A stretch of 58,235 nt of DNA, the filler included, from Sphacelaria rigidula (taxonomy: Eukaryota), in NCBI GenBank assembly GCA_964200075.2. It is 5 parts of 5 records of this genome, joined end to end, with 100 filler letters (N's around TTAATTAATTAA, not from the genome) between each part and the next. Parts side by side here need not be neighbours in the genome. Positions count along the whole stretch, not along the records: positions 46,670 to 58,235 come from CAXNAA020004774.1; 4 more parts are not named here. One strand, written 5' to 3'. Under the pieces are notes generated by a model. That model had not been told where the DNA came from and did not search any database. It saw only the letters and a list, made by a program, of their open reading frames with translations. Both the position numbers and the translations under genes were made by a program. Below, one piece after another: positions 50,473 to 58,235 of this stretch; within the stretch, counting starts at the first letter, position 1; the number at the start of each line of letters is the position of its first letter.

Positions 50473-52371
50473 AGTGCTAGTACGACAGAAAAATTGCTGT
50501 GGCATTTTAGGCTGGGGAACACTTCCATACGAGTAGACAGTCCGACAACATTCCGGTTTCGGCAACGAACTTGATTCATGGTTCCGGAATTGCTGTAGGC
50601 TTCTCGAGAATGTAGTATATGTTCCAGATGATACGATATGGCCAGAAGTACCGTAGACATCAAGCACCCAGGCTTCGAGAACATAGGTTCACTCTAGGTA
50701 TCAAGGGCGCAGGCTCCTAGACCATAGGAGTACTCTACGAGCTGGGCCAGCTGACAGTGATTTTTGAATGAATCCCGGCGATGCGATTGGTAATTCGAAG
50801 AGTTAGGCGCTGAAATTTCGACACGACGCTTTTTATCATCAACCCGCGCAACATGATCGGGGGTACAGAGAGAGAGGGAGAAAAAACCCCCAGGAAGTTA
50901 GAGCGAGTTGAAGTTTCAGCAAAAGCAGGAAACATGCTGTCCCTCCGTGAAAAATTGATAAATACGGCTGCACTCCGAACAATGTTGTGGGCACTCGCGT
51001 CCAGGAGGTCCTGGTAAAGTTTCGGCTAAAAATGCCTCAAATTAGGCGCCGCATCGCACTTTTCATGTGACACGGCCACGCCCCTTAATCCAAGTGATAC
51101 AGGAGACTCCAGTTATGGAGGTCATGAGCTCGATTCCCGACATATTCTCTTTTTTTTTCGTTCCGTCGTTAAGGTAATATATTATGCAGTACATTTTTTT
51201 TATTTTTTTTGTTTATTCAGCAGCGGTGCCATGTGTTATCAGGTTGGTCTGCAGTTCACAGCGATATCCTCAAGTCGCGCTGATTTGGGAAACTTGAGAA
51301 GTTGTGGTGTGAAACGCGAATGCGGGATTTACTGCTGGCCCAGCTCGTAGGCGTCGGGAGACGAAGAGCAACTCGCCAGCGTCCACTCTTCTCTCCTTCC
51401 CTCTTCAGATTTCAGTGTCCCCTGGTACTCTCAATACAGTCAGTCCATTGTTGTCAAGTTTCGCCGACCGTAAGCACCGTTCCAAACATCAACATCTTCC
51501 TGTCTCGTGCACTCTGCACGCTCCTCGGGTCGCTCAAATTACCACCAACAGTCTTTCCACCAGCGTCAGGCCGTATCTCCACATACACCAATACCCGGTA
51601 CCGGCTCGTTTTGTCCTTACAGAATCGGTCCGCGGGGACGAAACGCCGTCTCGGGCACACGCCCAATCCGGACTCATCAGCCTCTACCAGAATACGGACA
51701 TCTGACTGTATCCAGTGTATATGGGGATTGACATAGGGCGAACACATTTTCTAAATTTTAGGGTCTTAGCAGGAGAGAGACGGGTTGATCCCTTGTGACC
51801 ACGTGCGAACCGTCCCGACGAACAGGATGGGCTGAAACCGTGTCCGAGAACTGAAAAAGCACATACCTAACCCGAAGCGTTCAGCCCGACATTTTCACCC
51901 ATGTGATTCCCACTACCGTAGTGGGCCGGATCTGAACTCCAGGCACCCTGGAATGCTCAATACCTTTCTCAGTCGATACATAATTCGGGTACCCCACCCC
52001 CGAAACACTCATTGTTTTCGGCAGTCAATGCTCTTCGTACCCTGGAAGTACTCGGATCTGAGGCATTCTGGTAATCCAGAATTTCTCGGGTATGGTACGC
52101 TACCCTTATCATATTTGCACAACAGTGTTTTTGTTGACACATCAAGAAGCCAGAGACGGTGAGGGGGGTGCCGAGGTGACCTCCTAAGGCAAGGACAACC
52201 GTGTGGATACTGCCGTGGGTACCGTCAACGACAATATCGTAGACAAAAACTCCTTTATCGTTTCGTACTTTTAACCCCAGACCCCTGTCCTTCCTCGGGA
52301 CGACTCCGTATCAGTCCCACGGGATCAACCCATCCCTCTTCTTCCGCGCTTCTGTACCTTTGCCCTATCGC

Positions 52372-52740
52372 TTGAGCTCGGGAATGGTACCAGTTAGAAC
52401 TGCTTATTAACATTATAATGGTAATAACGGTAATGGTTATATGAAAAATTGGATAATGGCTTCAAACCATTATTTACCGTTACCGGCTTCATAAGCCGTT
52501 ACCAGCTACGTATGCTACATACAGCTCTTGAAATTTGGCCCAAATGTATCGTATTTTTTAGCTAGCTCTAGTGAAGCCAAATCGCGTAAAAATGTGCCTG
52601 CGGCACGGCGCCTCCAGCGGCGGGACCCCCTCTGCCGGGGGGGGGGTGGGGTGGCTTTTTGGCTCGCGGCTGCGCCGCTCGATGACCAAACCATTACCAT
52701 TTAGCATGTTAATGGTTAGACAAACCATTTCCGAGCTCTA
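52372..52740. mobile_element. MITE-like element with imperfect TIRs and ACCATT subterminal motifs
   Basis: Left end TTGAGCTCGGGAATGGT versus right-end reverse complement TAGAGCTCGGAAATGGT. Many AATGGT/ACCATT copies in mirrored orientation. No clear TSD. Confidence 0.6.
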
Positions 52741-52899
52741 CTACTCATTGCATTAGGTTATCAGAAGCGTGCGATGAGCACTCCCGAAGTGCGCGGAATT
52801 CCATCGAACCATTGATTGAATTAGCGCACTTCACTCCCATGATTAATATCCTACGTTAAGCACAAAGGTTTGGTATTGTGTCGTGAACATCCCGTTGGC

Positions 52900-53150
52900 G
52901 ATACTTTGTACGATTGCCCCTCCTGAAAAGTGCCTGGTCTGGGGAGGCAAAATGTTCACGTAAATCGAAATGGAAAAAGCCGAGTACAACGAGCAGCTGG
53001 GAGTTCCCACGCTTGGGTTTGTCCTTCCCAATGTCGCCCGTATGAAGCGCTTCATGCAGCCTGAATCCAAACATCAGGCGCGGTATGACCATTTTTTTCG
53101 TGACACTGTTGGGCTGTTTTTTTTTTGGGGGGGGGGGGTATCGTAGGAAG
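52900..53150. repeat. Family X copy (homologous to 25150-25400)
   Basis: Reverse-complement alignment with the contig 3 copy. Confidence 0.7.
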
Positions 53151-53458
53151 TGTCGACATATTCCACAATTGCCGGCTGTGACGAAGGATTCACGAAGATG
53201 TGTGCGTGTACGATAACAAGAATAGCGCATGTTTTTTCTTTTTTTTTTATTGATGCTATCTCTCACTATCTTACTCTCCGCCGTTTTCTGGACGTCTCGC
53301 TGTTTTTCCCTCCTTTTACTCATTTAGCTTCGTTTTGGAGTCTCAGAAAAAGCCGCTCAATAAACGCGTCTTTATCGTGTAAGGAATAGTAGTGACAGTA
53401 TTAAAAAGGCAAGCTAATATATGAGACCACAGGTACGCGACATTGAACTAATATGCGG

Positions 53459-53498
<40 letters not shown>

Positions 53499-53518
53499 GT
53501 AGTACTACTACTACCACC

Positions 53519-53570
<52 letters not shown>

Positions 53571-53595
53571 CTACTACTACTACTACCGCTACTTC
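53459..53595. repeat. (CTA)n/(CCA)n microsatellite
   Basis: Direct observation. Confidence 0.95.
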
Positions 53596-53899
53596 TAATA
53601 CAAATAATAATGCTCCGAGTCCGGTTCACCATTGAAGTTGTGTATCCGTGCTGCTGCTGTCAGCCGCCGCACTGCACCCCCTGGGCGAAAAACTGGTACA
53701 TCGAACACCACCTCGTGACAACATATTTGTGGGAACTAGATCTTGACGATTCTTCCAGATCCTGGGGCTTTTCTGGTTTCTACGCTTGGCCTGGATGACA
53801 GGCTATACAGCCGATGCACTCGTAAACAGAAGTTGAAGCCCTTACTCCGGGGAGACAATCTATCGCGTATAGTTTGTCGATCTGACAGCGTCCCAAAAA

Positions 53900-55190
53900 G
53901 TTACGATAGTCTCTTCAAATCGGCCATTTGACGAAATCGGCGCATGTTTCCATGAACGTTTTGGTGGAATTGTGTGCCTTGGCCGGATGTGGTCTCATTA
54001 AAACATTAGGCACGCCACGGCATGCTGTTGCCACGAGCAAGGGCTTCAAACCCTTTGTGAAGGGTGCGTTGACTGAACACGAATAGTCCATCGTCAAGGC
54101 CAAAACTGCAGAAAACTAGCACGTATGGTCATGATCCAGGACCTGAAAAAAAGGTACACGAACGCGTTGTTCTATCCGGGTTTCACGGGTGCGCACCCCG
54201 ACAGTAGTACCTAGAGTATTTTTCATGTCCCTTCTATCGAAAAACGATATGAGAACTTGACGACACGCCAGCGGACCGGTGCGACGCACGCCCAACATAT
54301 AACTGGGCACCTCTGATGTGCGGTCCACAAGCCATAATGAGCCGAACAGTCCATGCGTGGTATCTATTTTACGTTGCCTTTCACAATCTCGACAAATCGC
54401 TCCTCCGTGCTAAAAATACAAAAACAGGTCTAACATGTTCACTCTCCTCGGGCATGCTTCCGAGGGTGTTGGGGATGGAGTATCAGGGGGGTGTTTTCTA
54501 TCGAAAGCGAAAAAATGGAAAAGCGAAACTAGGTGTACGCCGTTTGGAAACGTTTGGGTTTCAGCTTGTATAAGAACGCAAATGCTGGCGATTTGATAAG
54601 ATTTAGGCGGACGAGACGGTGAGGGTGCTGGCCCAATGCTCCATGAGAAACTTCAGGGCAACCACGTACCAGGGGATTGAGATATGGGTTAACCCTTTTG
54701 GAACCCTCCCCTCCTGTTCCCGGGCCAGACGCCTCACTATGAAGCCCTGACAAAGAGAAAAGCGTGGAAGCAGAATAGGCCGACGGCAACCATTTTATAA
54801 TGGAAGACCGAAGAAGAATCCAGAAGCACACGCGGCGGCTGCAGGAAAAATATCCTTCCTGGAGAGGTCGGGTGAGGTTTGTCCAATCATACCACGCAAC
54901 GGATGAACTGTGTCCCATTGTATTCATCAACAATAGTCAGCAAAAGCACTATGAAACATTCCATTGAAAAAACAGCAATGGGTTCCAGGGTCTGATACGG
55001 CACATCGGTAAATAGGAAACAAACCTTCTTTTGTTCCACTTGTCACTCGCACGGGACTGAAAAATACGCATTTGGTGAATGTTGTTGCGTCTGAGCTGTA
55101 AGCCATTAACCATATCTTGCTCAAAAACCGTCAATAGCAAATTATCAATTTTCCATTGTGAGTTCCAAAAGGGTTAATTTATCCCTCCAG
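53900..55190. pseudogene. Possible decayed intronless gene(s), unknown product
   Basis: Plus-strand protein-like pieces broken by stops (AWYLFYVAFHNLDKSLL..GGVFYRKRKNG; IQKHTRRLQEKYPSWRGRVRFVQSYH). Strand not certain. Confidence 0.25.
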
Positions 55191-55228
55191 AGTACAATGG
55201 ACGCGTCCCGAGAAAGAAAGAGGGTGTA

Positions 55229-55620
55229 GGGGGGCTGGTGTACTCATGACCTTCCATGCCGTAGTCATATGACCATTGACCTCGCATCCCAAACAAAGCT
55301 GGGACGGAGCACGCCGGGTTTTCGCGGGACCAGGCTCGCAATGAATCACCAAGCGCGAAGCGCCGTGATGTGTTCGGCGAGTCGCATGAAGGGTGAGCTG
55401 TATGTACCCTGCTAAGATCGTCCGACCCGAAGCGTACTGATGATCCTGCGTTTGGATGACAGCCTCGAATGAGTTAATTCATTTTCTGGTATTGCCACTT
55501 CTAGAGACAGCCACGGGTTTCAGACTGCCTCGTGAGTGTTTCACCATTTCAACACAACGTAGTACGTTCATCTTCTTTACGCGGAGTTTGGGTCCTCCAC
55601 CCCGCACAGTATGATCTGGC
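55229..55620 (-). repeat. Family A copy
   Basis: Colinear with 9094-9482, with a G-rich left flank. Confidence 0.88.
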
Positions 55621-55634
55621 GCGAGGGAGACGGA

Positions 55635-58235
55635 GGGGGGCGTACTCATTTGTCGCTTGCCTCAGTCGTTTGGGCATTAAGCACGCATCCCTCTCGAGAC
55701 GGAGCGCCAATACTACTTCCAAGGAGACATCTGCAACATTTCAGGTGCTCATTACGCTTCTTCCATATACTATATATAAACCTGTTTCATATCTTATCCC
55801 CGTCCTGCTTCGCTTTCTGTGGCCACCATACACCTCCTAGTATAGCCATCGTTTTCTCGCTACTGTCTAATCCATCAAACGATTTTATGCTACCTCCGTT
55901 TACTTCCCCCATTCCCCCCTCTAGCACGTCCTAGTGCTCCGTCTCGAAAGGGAGGCGTGGTCAATGGTCAAACGACTAAGGCAAGCAAAAAATGAGAACG
56001 CCCGCCCCTCCCTCTAGCACGTCCCGTTCCTCCATGTATACTTCACATTTTGCCGCTCAATGAGTTTTACTCTATTGCTTTACCACAGCGGCAATTATGT
56101 GCATTTACTTCCTCCTCCACTCGACTACCGGTATTTCTCTCTCTTTTTTTTCTGGCAGGTCTAGGTCCCTCACCCGAAATACTCGCAGCAGTTGCAATTT
56201 TTTCGCGGAGTGCATTGGACCATGCAGATATGTTTTCATTTCCATCCCCTCTCTCATCCCCCCGTATATCTTGCAGGTGTTCTTCCTCGTCTACTTTCCG
56301 TCTTAGCGCTTCTTTTCCCCTTCTTTCTATCATGTCTTTTACTATCATCTTGTACCCGCCGCTTTCACCTATAGACACTATAACGCCTTGTCCTTCCATA
56401 CTTTCTCTACTACGCTGTCCCACCTTATTCCAGCCTGCCCTTTCGTCACTTTCGTCCACATAACCCTATCACCCCGGCTGGGAATATCTTTCTCTGCATG
56501 TCCTTCACGCTATGTTGTTATTTCAATTTTCTCATGTCTCTGGTTGTTCCAAGTGGGTACAGTCCCAACTCTGTTCTCAAAACTGTATTCACTCGTCGTT
56601 TTCGAGCATCCAAGTATTTTCTTAGCTGCTGCCACCTGCACTGTTTCCAACTTCTTCACCAACTCCACGTCCCCCTCCAACACTTCTGCATCTTTCAGCT
56701 TCGGTGCAATCATATTCATGAGGATACATATCTTAACCCTAGTATCTAGGTGCGAGTCTCTTAGAATCACGTATATCCCGCCTATTTGTGCCTTACGCTT
56801 TTCTATTACTTCAATTATGTGTGCACACCCCAGAACAGTTTTTTGAAATTTCTACACCCAGGTATGTGTACTGGTCTACGATCGGCAGTTCCTCTTCTCC
56901 CCATTTCCATTTGAGCTTTACCAGGTTATTCTCATCTTTGCTACATACAAGTACCGCGCATTTGTTAACATTCGCTGTCACTCTCTATTTCCTAGCGCAT
57001 TCTAGCGCCTTGTCTATCTGTCTCTGTAGTCCTTCTGGTGTTCCTGATATCCCCACGAAATCATCCGCGACCATCAATCCTGCTACCATATCTTCCTCCG
57101 CCTTGACTTCTTGCTTTGCTACTTCTATTGCAATTGTCATAGCATGAATACATGCCTTGAATCTAGTGGGTGATGACGTAAATCCTTGTGCAACTCCTTG
57201 TAAGATATCAAAACATTTCGATACTTCCCCGTCTAGCATCACAGTACTTTTGGCACATTCCGTCATCTTGTTCACCACCATTCTCCACACCTTTCCTCTA
57301 TTGCCAGTTTCCCAAATCTTTTCCGACAACCCTTTTCTCCATACTGTCATAGGCCTCCTGTACATCCAGAAAGAAACAGTATGTTGTTAACCCGGCGTCT
57401 TTCCTACCTTGGTGTACACATGGTCTACGTAACTACGTTTTGGTCCAAATGCTGCTTGCCCCTCGCTAACGAGTTTTTCCTTTTCTAGCATCGCTGCCAC
57501 TCTATCGTTCAGGAGCTTGAATCATGTTTTCCCTATGGTGCTCAGTAGCGTTATTCCTCTAAAATTCCCTGGGTCACCCTTGCCTCCTTTCTTGAAAAAA
57601 TCTACTACTACTCCTTCTCCCGACTTCTTGGGTATGTACTCGTTTCCCAAGATCCAATTATACAGCATAATCATCGTGGTAATCATTCCGTCTCCCCCAT
57701 ACTCACGAGATTCGTTCGCTATTTCTTATGCCCCTGTTGCCTTTCTATTCTTGAGTTGAGCTACGCAATCCTTTACCTCCTCGTGAAATCTGCTCTGCAA
57801 TTCTGTTGAGCCGCTATCCTTCCGTCTGGATGCCTCTACGTTTGCCGCTGCCCACGCGTTGGCTTTTTCCTCGAATTTCGCGTCGAACCGCTCGTTAGTT
57901 GTTGATGTCCCCACTTTCTGTAGTGCTCAACTAGCACTTCTCTCTTACCCTTCGAACTGCTGACCATTATACCGTTTTGTGCTCTTGGAGTAGCTATCCC
58001 CTTGCCTGTCTCTCCTGCCTGTTCGCCCATTATTCCTTTTATCTCTACTCACATTTGTTTCATCCCGCCATCGAAATCTTCAATATTTTTCTCAACTACA
58101 CCTTCCCAAACTTCTTTTTTTTTCTTCTGTACCATACTTTTTACTTCCTTTCGAGCTTTAGTATACTCCTCCCATCCTACCGTACTTTTGCTCGACATGC
58201 ATCTCGCGTGGGCCTCTCTCCTTACTCTGATAACC
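55635..58235 (-). mobile_element. Degenerate LINE (second family): reverse transcriptase and 3' region, runs off the contig end
   Basis: LKNRKATGA, KKGGKGDPGNFRGITLLS, GVAQGFTSSP, GLMVADDFVGISGTPEGLQ, YTYLGV, LETVQ..AAKKILGCS. Many stops and frameshifts. The 3' end reads ...AATGAGTACGCCCCCC. Confidence 0.92.
55932..56009 (+). mobile_element. 78-bp 5'-truncated family B insertion with 15-bp TSD, antisense inside the LINE
   Basis: CCCTCTAGCACGTCC at 55917-55931 and 56010-56024. The insert is a reverse-complement homolog of 55635-55708. Confidence 0.85.

Noticed and set aside
50070..50574. Poly-His/Ile/Ser/Met ORFs (also poly-Thr/Leu at 53414-53798 and CV repeats at 46853-47437)
   Set aside because: These are translations of microsatellites.

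Overview
Repeat-rich eukaryotic DNA, most likely from a brown alga (inferred from GT-AG introns and an Ectocarpus-type GGAV/FxxN beta-helix exon). The window is not one locus. It is five contigs of 11569, 11568, 11566, 11566 and 11566 bp joined by 100-bp N/TTAATTAATTAA linkers, so adjacency across gaps is meaningless. Host-like genes: three exons of an FkbM-family methyltransferase and one adhesin/POMP-like exon. Mobile DNA dominates: a decayed RTE-type LINE, a second LINE whose family ends in C-rich rather than A-rich tails, a Gypsy integrase relic, MITEs and a tRNA-derived SINE. Contig 3 holds a hand-reconstructed multi-exon Sola/DUF7869-like DDE transposase pseudogene with a C-terminal beta-barrel module, plus a divergently oriented ParB/Srx-like (DGNHR) exon. 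Contig 4 carries several co-oriented decayed ORF-like tracts of unknown origin and a possible KDZ/CxC transposase fragment. The best leads are the ParB + spliced transposase contig and the C-tailed retroelement family. No CRISPR array, rRNA or intact tRNA was found. All family assignments come from motif recognition by eye, not from database searches.
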